The notes: generated from the letters alone by a model not told the origin. Positions 18,536-28,746 are shown, numbered from the stretch's first letter. The stretch is DNA of 64,000 nucleotides from an uncultured Pseudomonadota bacterium (GCA_903825645.1 CAIKBL010000042.1:117289-181288), one strand, 5' to 3'. Made by a program: numbers and translations.

Positions 18536-19780
18536 ATGTCGACCCTGCCTGATCCCGACGCCTTGCCGCTGGACCAGATCGATGTCAGCAATCCGCGCCT
18601 TTATCAGGCGGATGTCATCGGCCCGTACTTTGCGCGGCTGCGCCGTGAGGCGCCGGTGCATTACTGTGCGGACAGCGCGTATGGGCCGTTCTGGTCCATC
18701 ACCCGCTACGAGGACATCGTGACCGTCAACGCGGATGATGACGCGTTTTCCTGCAGTTACGAAAAGGGTGGCCATATTCTCGGTTACGAGAAACTCTTTC
18801 GGCGCCATGGGGTCGACGCGCGGATGTTTCAATCGACCGATGCGCCGCTGCACACCGCGCAGCGCAAAGCCATCGCACCGATTGTCGCCCGTGCGAGCGT
18901 GCGCGACATGGCGCTCATCATCCGCGAGCGCTGCGCCGAGGTGCTGGACGGTCTGCCCGTGGGCGAGCCCTTCAACTGGGTCGAAGCGGTGTCCATCGAG
19001 ATCACCACGCAGGTGCTGGCCGCCCTCTTCGATTTCCCCTGGGCGCAACGGCGATTGCTGACCCGTTGGTCAGATGTGGCCGTGACCGAGCCCGGCTTCG
19101 GTATCATCGACAGCTGGGAGGCCCGCCGACAAGAGCTCGAGGCCTGCTTCACCACCTTCGCCGAACTCTGGCAAACGCGTTTGACTGGCCCCCCGCGCGG
19201 CGATTTGCTGTCACTCATGGTGCACGCCGAGGGGACCAAGGATTTAAGTCCCGAGGAATTTCTCGGCAACTTGATTAACCTCATCGTCGGCGGGAATGAC
19301 ACCACCCGCAACTCGATGACCGGCGGCATCGTCGCCCTCAATCGGTATCCGCAGGCCTACGCGAAACTACGCACCGATCAGACCCTCGTCGACAGCATGG
19401 TGCCGGAGATTATTCGCTGGCAGACCCCCATCTCCCACATGGCCCGCACGGCGCTGCGCGATTACCGACTCGGCGAGGCGGAAATCAAGGCCGGCGATCG
19501 GATCGCCCTGTGGTACCTCTCGGGTAACCGGGACGACACCGCCATCGATGATCCGGAAACCTTCATCATCGACCGCCCTCAGCCGCGCCGACACTTATCG
19601 TTCGGCTTCGGCGCCCACCATTGCGTTGGCTACCGACTCGCAGAGCTCCAACTTAAAATCGCCTGGGAAGAAATCTTGAAGCGTTTCCGTCACATTGAGA
19701 TGGTGGGCGAGCCGGTGCGGGTGTGCTCTAACATCATTCACGGTTACACCGCGCTACCCGTTATCGCACACCCCTGGTAA
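18536..19780 (+). CDS. cytochrome P450, CYP153-like
   Basis: IDVSNPRLY, GPFWSITRY, LIVGGNDTTRNSM, EIIRWQTP, HLSFGFGAHHCVG. Confidence 0.93.
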   Translation: MSTLPDPDALPLDQIDVSNPRLYQADVIGPYFARLRREAPVHYCADSAYGPFWSITRYEDIVTVNADDDAFSCSYEKGGHILGYEKLFRRHGVDARMFQSTDAPLHTAQRKAIAPIVARASVRDMALIIRERCAEVLDGLPVGEPFNWVEAVSIEITTQVLAALFDFPWAQRRLLTRWSDVAVTEPGFGIIDSWEARRQELEACFTTFAELWQTRLTGPPRGDLLSLMVHAEGTKDLSPEEFLGNLINLIVGGNDTTRNSMTGGIVALNRYPQAYAKLRTDQTLVDSMVPEIIRWQTPISHMARTALRDYRLGEAEIKAGDRIALWYLSGNRDDTAIDDPETFIIDRPQPRRHLSFGFGAHHCVGYRLAELQLKIAWEEILKRFRHIEMVGEPVRVCSNIIHGYTALPVIAHPW

Positions 19781-19802
19781 CCCACAAGACCGGCGCCAAG
19801 GC

Positions 19803-20561
19803 TCACGCGCTGAAACCGCCATCCACGCCGATGATCTGGCCGTTGATGTAGCTGGCACCGGGGGAGACGAGGAAGTCGACCACTGCACTGACTTCTTCCG
19901 GACGGCCCATGCGACCCAGGGGGGTGTGACTGACCATCGCGGAAATGACGCCCTGGGCGAGCGGATCGTCGGCGAATTCGGGCGCATAGACGATGCCGGC
20001 ATCAATGACCGCAGGCGCGATGCCATTGCAACGGACGTTGAACGGTCCCATCTCGCGCGCGGCCTGCTTGACCAGTGCGCCCACCGCGGTTTTTGGGCAG
20101 CCGGACATCCCGTCATTCTCCAGCGTGCGCAGCACGGCGGTCGTCAGGAACATGACCAGACTACCGCCACCCGCCGCCTTGAGCGCCCGAGTGCCGTGCT
20201 TGATCACATTGAACGCGCCGCGCACGTCGATGGCATAGACCCGATCAAAATCCTCGTCGGTGACGTCGATCAGCGGCCGCAGCGGGATCGCCGGTCCGGT
20301 CGCGCACACAATGGCCTGCAGACCATCACCGATCCCCTCGGCACGAGCCAGAAACGCCGCCACCGAGGCGGCATCGCGGATATCGACCGGCGCGATGATC
20401 GCCTGTCCGCCGGCGGCCTCGACCTGTCGGGCGAGCGCTTCAGCTTTGGACCGACGCTGGCCATAGCCGATGCAGACCGGGGCGCGCAGCGCGAGGGTCG
20501 TGACCACATGTTCGCCCAGCCCGCCGGTCGCGCCCAGTATCGCAATGGATTTCATATGCAC
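19803..20561 (-). CDS. SDR family oxidoreductase (atypical active site)
   Basis: GATGGLG Rossmann motif, TPLGRMGRPEE, YINGQIIGVDGG; SGCPK in place of YxxxK. Confidence 0.88.
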   Translation of the reverse strand: MHMKSIAILGATGGLGEHVVTTLALRAPVCIGYGQRRSKAEALARQVEAAGGQAIIAPVDIRDAASVAAFLARAEGIGDGLQAIVCATGPAIPLRPLIDVTDEDFDRVYAIDVRGAFNVIKHGTRALKAAGGGSLVMFLTTAVLRTLENDGMSGCPKTAVGALVKQAAREMGPFNVRCNGIAPAVIDAGIVYAPEFADDPLAQGVISAMVSHTPLGRMGRPEEVSAVVDFLVSPGASYINGQIIGVDGGFSA

Positions 20562-20592
20562 CTCGGATTAGTTATTTCGGAAAAGCCGCGCC

Positions 20593-22140
20593 TTACGGCG
20601 CGGCGAGTTCAAACGTGTGTCGGCCCGCTACGCAGCGAATATCGATGGAGCGCCCGATAACCGTCTCTTCGAAAAGACTGGCCAGACTCGCCGGATGCGC
20701 GCGCCCGGCCCAAGCCAGACAGCGCGCGCCATCGGCCTCGAGACGGGCTACCACAAAGCCTTCACTCGGCACCCCTTTGGCGTAGATGGCTGCATAGGTT
20801 TCGATACGGGCACGTCCTTCAGCGTGCTCGTCAATTCGCACGCCACTGTCCGCCTTGGCGCGCGCCTGGGCTGCGGACGAGGACACCGGGGCCCAGCTCA
20901 CGGGTGCGCGCCCGCTATACACGGCCGCGGCATGTTTCGACAGATATCCCCCGTTGGCGACGATGAGACCGTGCGCTTCCCGGTCCGCCCGCAGGCGTTC
21001 CACCAGCGTGGCGATCGCATGCAGGCTGTAGTTGTTGCCGGGTCCGCCAAAGAAGGGCAATCCGCCGGTCAGCGTCAGCGGACGACTGCCGTCGAGCGGC
21101 AGACCGAGCGATGCGGCAACGCTCGATACCGCAATCGGAAAACAGCTATAGATGTCGAGATATTGAATCTCCGCGATATCGCGCCCGGCGGCCTCCAGCG
21201 CTGCATGCACCGCCAGTCGCTGGGCTGGGGAGTCCGCGAGATCTGGCCGTTTCAGCACCGTGCGCTCGTCTACATCCGCATACCCCGAGAGATAGACCCA
21301 GCGTGAGGCCGGGATCCCCAGCTCGCGCGCGACGCCGACCGACGTCAACACCACCGCCGCCCCCTGATTGACCGCATCCTGCGCCACCATCCAGCGCGTA
21401 TAGGGTTCGCAGAGTGCGTAGTTCTGAGCCGACAGCGTCTGCAGAAACTCAGGCGTCTGCGCGTGGGGAAACTGGGCGTACGGATGGGCGGCGGCGACCG
21501 CGCTGAATGGCGCAAAAAGCTGCGCCATATCCGCCCGATAGGCCGCGCTTGACAACCCGCGTTGGGCGCGTCGGACCTGCTCGAACAGGGCATAGACATG
21601 GATGGGCCACGCGATACCCTGTGCCTGCTCGTAGGGCGTCACGAAGGGTACGCCTGGCCAGTGATCTTCAAAGGCCCCTTCGACTTCCTCACGCCAATCG
21701 AGGGCGATCCCCTGCCGGGTCGCCTGTCGGATCGTCGCGATGGCTTCAGCCCCCGTCAGCACCGCGAGTCGGACCTCGCCCGCGTGGACTCGCTCGGCCA
21801 GCCGGTTGATCAGCCGCTGAGGAGATTGTCCCCCGACTTCGGCGTAAATGGCCTCCCGCGGATGCAACCCGGTGCGCTGAGCGACCGACCAGGGGACGTT
21901 ATTCGTGCAGCCGAAAGGGTTCGGCCACATGGAGGCGTCAGCGATCGAGTGTTCGAACAGACGCACCACCGCGAGCACATCCACCTCGGCGCGCGCGGCG
22001 GCACTGAGGCCCGCGTCATCAAGCGCGCGATGGGTCGCGAGCGCCGCGAGTTCAATCGGCGAGCGGAGCTGCGCCGGGCGGCTGAGGTCGCGCTCCACCA
22101 CCTGACCGACGCCGACCAGAATAGGCAACTTGTCTTGCAT
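20593..22140 (-). CDS. thiolase-like protein (acetyl-CoA acetyltransferase family, TLP1 type)
   Basis: PILVGVGQ, GGQSPQ, VNQGAAVVLTS, DIYSCFP, TGGLPFFGGPGNNY, C-terminal ETYA extension. Confidence 0.82.
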   Translation of the reverse strand: MQDKLPILVGVGQVVERDLSRPAQLRSPIELAALATHRALDDAGLSAAARAEVDVLAVVRLFEHSIADASMWPNPFGCTNNVPWSVAQRTGLHPREAIYAEVGGQSPQRLINRLAERVHAGEVRLAVLTGAEAIATIRQATRQGIALDWREEVEGAFEDHWPGVPFVTPYEQAQGIAWPIHVYALFEQVRRAQRGLSSAAYRADMAQLFAPFSAVAAAHPYAQFPHAQTPEFLQTLSAQNYALCEPYTRWMVAQDAVNQGAAVVLTSVGVARELGIPASRWVYLSGYADVDERTVLKRPDLADSPAQRLAVHAALEAAGRDIAEIQYLDIYSCFPIAVSSVAASLGLPLDGSRPLTLTGGLPFFGGPGNNYSLHAIATLVERLRADREAHGLIVANGGYLSKHAAAVYSGRAPVSWAPVSSSAAQARAKADSGVRIDEHAEGRARIETYAAIYAKGVPSEGFVVARLEADGARCLAWAGRAHPASLASLFEETVIGRSIDIRCVAGRHTFELAAP

Positions 22141-22167
22141 GGTGAAACGCTCCTCGCGGGTCGTGGA

Positions 22168-23631
22168 TCAGGCCGTCATCGTATATTCGTTGAAATCGGG
22201 CGCCGCCATTTCAGCTTGGAAACGCTCCAGCGTCCACGGCCACAGAATTGGCTGCCCGGATTTGTCCAGGTACCAGCTCCGACAGCCACTGACCCACACG
22301 GTGTCCTTCATTGCCGCACGCAGATCTGCGTTGAAGGCGGCGCAGGCCTCCGCGCGCGGCGCCACGGCCCGACAATGCCCCGCGCGTAGCGGGGCCAACA
22401 GCTGGAGCAGATAGGCCACCTGCATCTCGGCCACCATGATGAGCGAGAAGTTGCCAATGGGGCTGTTCGGACCAATCAACATGAAAAAATTCGGGAAGCC
22501 CGGCACCGAGAGGCTGCGATGGGTGGTCAGCCCCGTGGCCCAGGTCTGTTCGAGTCGGTGACCGTCGGCACCGATGATGTCGATTGAACGCACGAAGCGG
22601 TGGGCATCAAAACCGGTGGCGTAGACGAGCACATCGAGCTCGCGCAAGGTGCCATCGCTGAGCCGGATCCCGCGCGGTTCAATGCGCGTAATCGGCGTGG
22701 TCTCAACCGCCGCGTGCGGACGCTGGATAGCCGCATAAAAGGTTTCGGACATGATGAGCCGCTTGCAGGCCACCTGGTAATCCGGCGTCAGCTTGGCCCG
22801 CAAGTCCGGATCGGGCACGTGCTGCATCAGGTTGTCGCGACAGGCCTGAGCAATTTTCGCAAGCTGCTCTTGATCGCCAATCACCGCCCGCGCGAGGGTG
22901 GTCCTGATGCGATCGAGCCACTGCTGATAGGCCTGCTGGAGGGTCTCGGGATGTGCCCGGAAATGTATTTTCTGGGCTTCGGTAAACACCGGGTTGGGCA
23001 GCGGCAAGACCCATTGGGGGGTTCGCTGGAACAGCGTCAGGGCCGCGACTTCATCGACGATCGCGGGCACCAGCTGAATCGCGGTCGAGCCAGTGCCGAC
23101 GATCCCGACACGTTTGCCGGCCAGGCTCACCCCGGTCTGCCAGCGGGCGGTGTGAAAGGCCGGTCCCGCGAAATCGCTGCGTCCCGGGATGTCGGGCAGG
23201 ATCGGGTGGTGCAAAACGCCGGTGGCCGCAATCACCACGTCGGCCTCGGCCTGTGTACCATCCGTGAACGTCAGCTGCCAGACTTCGCCCTGACGCGCCG
23301 CCGCGCATAACGTCTTGCCGAAGCGAATGTGATCGGTGATCGCATGTTTATGCGCCACCGCGTCCAGATAACGGAGGATTTCGCTGCCCGGCGAAAACAA
23401 ACGGCTCCACTCCGGATTGAGTTCGAAGGAATAACAGTAGTGCTGTGAGGGCACATCGCAGGTCAACCCCGGGTAGACGTTATCCCGCCAGGTGCCCCCT
23501 AAGCGATCGGCCTTCTCGTAGACCGTCACCGCGGTATAGCCGGCTTCCCGAAATTTGAGGGCCGCAAGAATGCCGGACATGCCGGCGCCGATGATGGCTA
23601 CCCGTAAGGGAGTCGTGTTCGCGGAAATCAT
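22168..23631 (-). CDS. Baeyer-Villiger / flavin-containing monooxygenase
   Basis: GAGMSG, GGTWRDNVYPG, BVMO fingerprint FAGPAFHTARW, GTGSTAIQ, ATGF. Confidence 0.93.
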   Translation of the reverse strand: MISANTTPLRVAIIGAGMSGILAALKFREAGYTAVTVYEKADRLGGTWRDNVYPGLTCDVPSQHYCYSFELNPEWSRLFSPGSEILRYLDAVAHKHAITDHIRFGKTLCAAARQGEVWQLTFTDGTQAEADVVIAATGVLHHPILPDIPGRSDFAGPAFHTARWQTGVSLAGKRVGIVGTGSTAIQLVPAIVDEVAALTLFQRTPQWVLPLPNPVFTEAQKIHFRAHPETLQQAYQQWLDRIRTTLARAVIGDQEQLAKIAQACRDNLMQHVPDPDLRAKLTPDYQVACKRLIMSETFYAAIQRPHAAVETTPITRIEPRGIRLSDGTLRELDVLVYATGFDAHRFVRSIDIIGADGHRLEQTWATGLTTHRSLSVPGFPNFFMLIGPNSPIGNFSLIMVAEMQVAYLLQLLAPLRAGHCRAVAPRAEACAAFNADLRAAMKDTVWVSGCRSWYLDKSGQPILWPWTLERFQAEMAAPDFNEYTMTA

Positions 23632-23837
23632 ACGGCATCCAATCCCGGGTGCGAGGCATACGCTTTGCCGGGAAGTTCGAGCACCGCGCCCGGCGCATCG
23701 CCGTCGGTTCCGACCGCGCGGTTCTCTGCGTACAACGCCGGTTCCGCGCAATTTTTATAAATAAAACAGGGCCTACGCGGGGCGCTATCGATTTCCATGC
23801 ATGGTCTCCGTTCCCCAGTCTGGCGTGGGGGGTCAAT

Positions 23838-24323
23838 TCAATTCCGGGTCAAGGCCTGCAAATTGGCCTTGATAAGGCCGAGGATCCGCAGACCTGCCCG
23901 GACGTCGGCCGGTTCAAGCCCAGCCAGAATGCGCGCATTGAGCCCGAGGGCGACCCCCCGCAGCGTGACGACGGCGTGTCGGCCCGCCGGAGTCAGAAAC
24001 ACCGCCCAAATGCGCCGATCCGCGGCGCTGCCGCGTTTTTCCACCAAACCGGCACTACTCAGTCGCTCCACACATTCACCCACGGCGACCTTGCCGAGCT
24101 CGAGCTGCTGCGCCAGTGCTGATTGAGACAAGCCGTCCCGCTGCGAAAGATGACGTAAGACCGACGCCTGCGCCGTGGTGAACCCGACAGGCCGGAGGGC
24201 GTCGTCGAACACCTGTCGACGCAAGCGTGCCGCATCATTAATCGCGAAGCCGAGTTTGAGCGCCTGCTGCTCGTCGAGCGACTCCGCCGTGGCGGGCTGG
24301 CAAGGGGGGGAGGGAAGCGGCAT
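23838..24323 (-). CDS. MarR family transcriptional regulator
   Basis: GLSQSALAQQLELGK, GLVEKR...DRRIWAVFLTPAGR. Confidence 0.92.
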   Translation of the reverse strand: MPLPSPPCQPATAESLDEQQALKLGFAINDAARLRRQVFDDALRPVGFTTAQASVLRHLSQRDGLSQSALAQQLELGKVAVGECVERLSSAGLVEKRGSAADRRIWAVFLTPAGRHAVVTLRGVALGLNARILAGLEPADVRAGLRILGLIKANLQALTRN

Positions 24324-24361
24324 GCTTCAATTATAGTGCGGTACCGTACTACAATTGAAGC
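24324..24361. promoter_or_regulatory. 38-bp inverted repeat, putative MarR operator
   Basis: GCTTCAATTATAGTGCGGTACCGTACTACAATTGAAGC abuts the marR start codon; only two mismatched pairs. Confidence 0.7.
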
Positions 24362-24447
24362 CGCAAACGGGCCGAATACGGCGCCGTTCCCCTATCCCCG
24401 GGCGGGTCCGGCGCGACGTGCCCGCCGCCAAGCCTCAGGAGCTACCC

Positions 24448-25461
24448 ATGTCCGAACCCCTCAATCGTCAGGTCGTGCTGGCGGCCCGTCCCAACGGGAT
24501 CCCGCAGGCCCATGATTTCGAGATCGTCACGCGCCCCATGCCCATGCCAGGCGACGGTGAAGTCCGGGTGCGCAACCTGTTTCTCTCCGTCGAGCCGGCG
24601 ATGCGGGGCTGGGTGTCGAGTGTCGGAAACTATTCCGAGCCGGTCGCGATAGGGGCGGTCATGCGCGCGCTCACCGTCGGACAGATCGAGGCGTCGAACC
24701 TCCCCGGGATGGCCGTTGGCGAGTACGTCACCGGCATGTTCGGCTGGCAGGAATACGCGCTCGCCAATGCCCAGACCATCGATCGCCGGGTCCCGCCGCC
24801 CGGACTGCCGATTGCCACCGCGCTGGGGATCCTCGGGATCAACGGCAATGCCGCCTATTTTGGTCTCCTCGACATCGGCCAGCCCAAGGCCGGCGAGACC
24901 GTGGTGGTCTCCACGGCTGCCGGCGCCGTCGGCGCCTGTGTCGGGCAAATCGCGAACCTCCAGGGTTGCCGTACCGTCGGCATTGCGGGCGGCGCAGTCA
25001 AAACGCGACTCTGTACCGAAATCTTCGGCTATGCCGCAGCCATCGATTACAAGACAGCCGATCTCGATACCGCCCTGCGTGCGGCCTGTCCGTCCGGGAT
25101 CGACGTCTATTTCGACAATACCGCCGGCCCCATCACCGACGCGGTACTGCGACACCTCAACCCGCGGGCACGCGTCGTCATTTGTGGGACCGCCGCGGTG
25201 GCGAGTTGGGATCCGCCGCCCCTAGGGCCGCGGATCGAACGTCATTTTTTAGTCAAACGGGCGCGCATGGAGGGCTTCGTCGTGTTCGATTACAAGACGC
25301 GCTACCCCGAAGCCTTGGCCGCCTTAACGCAGTGGGTCAGCGCCGGACAGATCCGCTACCGCGAAGACATCCTGCACGGCCTGGAAGCAGCGCCGGATGC
25401 CATTGCGGGACTCTATCGGGGCGAGAATCTAGGCAAACGACTCATTCAACTCGGCGCATGA
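24448..25461 (+). CDS. NADP-dependent oxidoreductase (CurA/PTGR, MDR family)
   Basis: LSVEPAMRGW, AYFGLL, VVVSTAAGAVG, GIDVYFDN, GENLGK. Confidence 0.92.
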   Translation: MSEPLNRQVVLAARPNGIPQAHDFEIVTRPMPMPGDGEVRVRNLFLSVEPAMRGWVSSVGNYSEPVAIGAVMRALTVGQIEASNLPGMAVGEYVTGMFGWQEYALANAQTIDRRVPPPGLPIATALGILGINGNAAYFGLLDIGQPKAGETVVVSTAAGAVGACVGQIANLQGCRTVGIAGGAVKTRLCTEIFGYAAAIDYKTADLDTALRAACPSGIDVYFDNTAGPITDAVLRHLNPRARVVICGTAAVASWDPPPLGPRIERHFLVKRARMEGFVVFDYKTRYPEALAALTQWVSAGQIRYREDILHGLEAAPDAIAGLYRGENLGKRLIQLGA

Positions 25462-25536
25462 GCAGACTCGCCAGACCGGTCAGCGCGCGCCCATAATGCC
25501 CGACATACCCCGTTACTCCAGTTAGAGGAAGACTCC

Positions 25537-26412
25537 ATGCAAATCGGTTTTCTGCACATCGCGACCACCCAGGCCGGCGATCTCCCCACCCTCGCACGGC
25601 GCGCGGAGGCGATCGGCTTTGACTCGATGTGGATCCCGGAACATCCCGTCATCCCGGTGGAACGCACGACGCCTTACCTGTTGGGTGGAGAGCTGCCTGA
25701 GCATTACGGCCGTTGGACCGATCCGTTCATCTCGCTGACGATGGCCGCCGCGGTGACCACCAAACTCAAACTTGCGACCGGCATCTGCTTGTTACCTGAG
25801 CGGGAAACGCTGGTGACCGCGAAAACGATCGCGACCCTCGATTACTATTCGCGTGGCCGGGTGGTGCTGGGGATCGGCGCCGGCTGGCTCCGGGAAGAAA
25901 CGGAAGTCATGGGGGCCTCGTTCACCACCCGCTGGCGCCGGATGCGCGAGATGACCGAAGCCATGCGCCGCTTATGGACCGAAGACAAGCCCAGTTTCAA
26001 CGGAACCGAAATCAAGTTCCCGGCGGTCCGCAGCGAACCCAAACCCGTGCAGGCCGGCGGCCCACCGTTCCTCCTCGGCGGTCACGGCGAGAAGGCCTTG
26101 ACCCGGATCGCGCGAACCTACGACGGCTGGTGTCCCATCGTAGCGGGCCCGGATGAGTTCGCGGCAGAAGCCGCGCAACTGCGCGAGATGATGCGCGCCA
26201 ACGGTCGCGATCCGGCCAAGCTCATCCTGAGCCCGTTTGTCGATCCGGAGGACGGCAAATTATCCGAGGCAACCCTCAAAGCGTATCGCGCCGCCGGCGC
26301 GCACCGCATTGTCCTTTTCTCAATACAAATGTCGGAAGAAATCGCGAACGGTGCGGCGGGTGACTGGCTGGAGAAAACCGCCAACATCGTGAGCCGTAAC
26401 GCCGCCCTGTAA
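25537..26412 (+). CDS. LLM-class probable F420-dependent oxidoreductase (Rv2161c-like)
   Basis: AEAIGFDSMWIPEHPVIP, DPFISL, AKTIATLD, GIGAGWLREE, PKPVQ. Confidence 0.88.
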   Translation: MQIGFLHIATTQAGDLPTLARRAEAIGFDSMWIPEHPVIPVERTTPYLLGGELPEHYGRWTDPFISLTMAAAVTTKLKLATGICLLPERETLVTAKTIATLDYYSRGRVVLGIGAGWLREETEVMGASFTTRWRRMREMTEAMRRLWTEDKPSFNGTEIKFPAVRSEPKPVQAGGPPFLLGGHGEKALTRIARTYDGWCPIVAGPDEFAAEAAQLREMMRANGRDPAKLILSPFVDPEDGKLSEATLKAYRAAGAHRIVLFSIQMSEEIANGAAGDWLEKTANIVSRNAAL

Positions 26413-26500
26413 GCTGCGCGGCAACGTCCGTCCCCTGACCGACTGGCCGGGGACGGATCGCGCGATCAACCCTGCGTCCCCACCACCGAGAGAGGACCGT

Positions 26501-26863
26501 ATGACCTGGGCCACCACTTTTGCCACTCGCTGGCAGGACTTCTACAACCATGCCGTCGAACGCCTCGTCAACGAGTGTTACGCCACAGACTGCGCCATCC
26601 ATGCCATGGGCGCAGGAGTGTTCCACGGCCGCGCCGCGCTGCTCAAAATAGAGCGGGCCGTCTTACGTGCCGCCCCGACACGTTTCCTGAAGCTGGACAC
26701 GGTGCGCGGCGATGACACGTGCATCATCATCGAGGCGACCCTGCAGGAAACACCCGAAGTCGGCGCCTGGCAAATCCCCTTCTGCGCCGTCCTCACGCTG
26801 GAGAATGGATTGGTGGTGCGAGATCACACCTACGCGGACTGGTCAAAGTGGCCAGGTCTCTAA
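26501..26863 (+). CDS. NTF2/SnoaL-like protein
   Basis: 120 aa with FHGRAAL and PFCAVLTLENGLVVRDHTYAD; strong RBS GAGGA. Confidence 0.7.
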   Translation: MTWATTFATRWQDFYNHAVERLVNECYATDCAIHAMGAGVFHGRAALLKIERAVLRAAPTRFLKLDTVRGDDTCIIIEATLQETPEVGAWQIPFCAVLTLENGLVVRDHTYADWSKWPGL

Positions 26864-26915
26864 CCCCCGATCGCCCTAGCGCGCACGGCTTCTTTACCGC
26901 GCCCGCGGATCCCGC

Positions 26916-28493
26916 TCAGAACGGGTGGTATTGGTAAAGCCAGGTTTCGGACAGCACCGTCGCGCCCTGTTTCAGAAACAACCGCATCTCGACGGGTTCG
27001 GATCCCGCGACCGTCAGGTCAAACTGAATCCGCCAGTGACCGGGCACATCGTCCGGGATGGCTTCGGTCAGGATATAAGAGAACGTTCCACGCGACGCCC
27101 ATAAAACCGGCGACGGCCGCGTGCCGTAGGCCAGTCCCGCGAGCGGCGCGCCCAGAAACTCCACCATGAATTTTCGCACGCCGTGCGGACGCGCCCGGCC
27201 GGGCTGACCGCCGTTGCCGAGCCGCGTCGCGACGCAACGCGCCAGTGGCGTGGGATAAGGCTCATCGGCCAGCCAGTGGAGCCGATAGGCGTATTCGAAA
27301 GTGGCGCCCGGCACCGCCGACTTCTCGGGCACCCAAGTGGCCACGACGTTGTCGTGGATCTCGTCATCCGTCGGGATCTCGATGAGATGGATAGCACCCT
27401 TGCCCCAATCACCCTTAGGCTCGACCCACACACTCGGGCGCCGATCATAGAGAACGCCGTCGAGGTAATGGTCGAAATTGCGATCCCGCTGCAAGAGTCC
27501 GAACCCGCGCGGGTGCTGATCCCCAAACGTCGAGACGGTCACGGTGTCTGGATTATTGATCGGCCGCCACAGATGTTCGCCCTCCCCGGTCCAGACGCTC
27601 AAGCCGTCGGAGTCGTGGACCTCGGGCCGCCAGTCGACAGCCGTTCGCTTCACCGTCTCGGAAAACCAGTACATGGAGGTCAGCGGCGCGATGCCGAAAC
27701 GGCTGATTTTTTCTCGCAGGTAAAGGGCACAGTCGATGTCCATCACCACCCCCTTGGCGCGGGTCATGAGGAATCGGTAGGCGCCGACAATAGACGGGCC
27801 TTCCAGCAGCGCGTGCAAGATCACCCCGTCAGCGGTTTCCGGACCGAGATAGAAATGGGTGAAGTCCGGGAACTCTTCGTTCACGCCCGCCTGCCAGGTG
27901 TCTAGCGCCACCCCGCGAGCGGACAATCCATACTGTCGCAGCTCACCAATGGCCCGAAAATAGGACGCCCCAAGGAACGCGACCCAATCATTCTTTTTCC
28001 AGTCGAGCGCGCCGTCCTTGGACTCCTGGATGCGGAAGCCGGCAAAGCCGGCACCCTGCGGTAACTGATGGGCGACGGAATCCGCGGGCATGTTGAAGTA
28101 GCGCGCGTCATAGAGCACTTCGGCCGATTCCCCGTCCGCGACGACGTGCAGATGCACAGCCTTCTGGAAGAACCGTCCGAGATGGAAGAATTCAATCGGG
28201 AAACGTCCTGCCGTCTCGGCAAATAGCGCGTAATCGGTGTTACTGGTGATCTGGCCCCATTTCTCGTAGTCGATTTGCTCGGTGATCTCCGGCGCCGGAA
28301 GAACGGGCTTGCGGTAAGGCAGGTTGACGAGCCGTTGCGCTTCCCGCTTCAAGATCTCATAGGAAAAAGCGCGCGAGGTCCCGAGTTTGAGTTGGGCGCT
28401 GCTCGCCGCTGCGCCGGCAGGTCCGGCACCGAGCGCCGCGAACGCTGCGGCCATCAGCTTGAGGAAAGTGCGGCGAGCGTGTGGCTCGTTCAT
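26916..28493 (-). CDS. opgD: periplasmic glucan biosynthesis protein D
   Basis: Tat signal RRTFLK; FLGASYFRA, YGLSARG, APLTSM, DWRPEVHDSDGL, EIHDNVVA, SETWLYQ. Confidence 0.9.
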   Translation of the reverse strand: MNEPHARRTFLKLMAAAFAALGAGPAGAAASSAQLKLGTSRAFSYEILKREAQRLVNLPYRKPVLPAPEITEQIDYEKWGQITSNTDYALFAETAGRFPIEFFHLGRFFQKAVHLHVVADGESAEVLYDARYFNMPADSVAHQLPQGAGFAGFRIQESKDGALDWKKNDWVAFLGASYFRAIGELRQYGLSARGVALDTWQAGVNEEFPDFTHFYLGPETADGVILHALLEGPSIVGAYRFLMTRAKGVVMDIDCALYLREKISRFGIAPLTSMYWFSETVKRTAVDWRPEVHDSDGLSVWTGEGEHLWRPINNPDTVTVSTFGDQHPRGFGLLQRDRNFDHYLDGVLYDRRPSVWVEPKGDWGKGAIHLIEIPTDDEIHDNVVATWVPEKSAVPGATFEYAYRLHWLADEPYPTPLARCVATRLGNGGQPGRARPHGVRKFMVEFLGAPLAGLAYGTRPSPVLWASRGTFSYILTEAIPDDVPGHWRIQFDLTVAGSEPVEMRLFLKQGATVLSETWLYQYHPF

Positions 28494-28746
28494 CTTGAAG
28501 TCTCCGGAAATGCCATCGAAAGGACCGTCACTGCCACCCCAAGGATACGTCGTCTTCCCGACGAGTGGGAGGTGTTTCTCGGAAAGATCTGGCCGGGCTC
28601 ACCGCGGTGCCGCGAAAAGAACCCGACCTGCGAAGGCACCCCGGATGCACGTGGTCGCGCCGAGGATGACACCGCGCTGTCTGCAACGCCGGGTGTCCTG
28701 CGAAAGCGCGCGGGTTCCCTTGAAACAGACGGCGCGCGTTCGCCGA

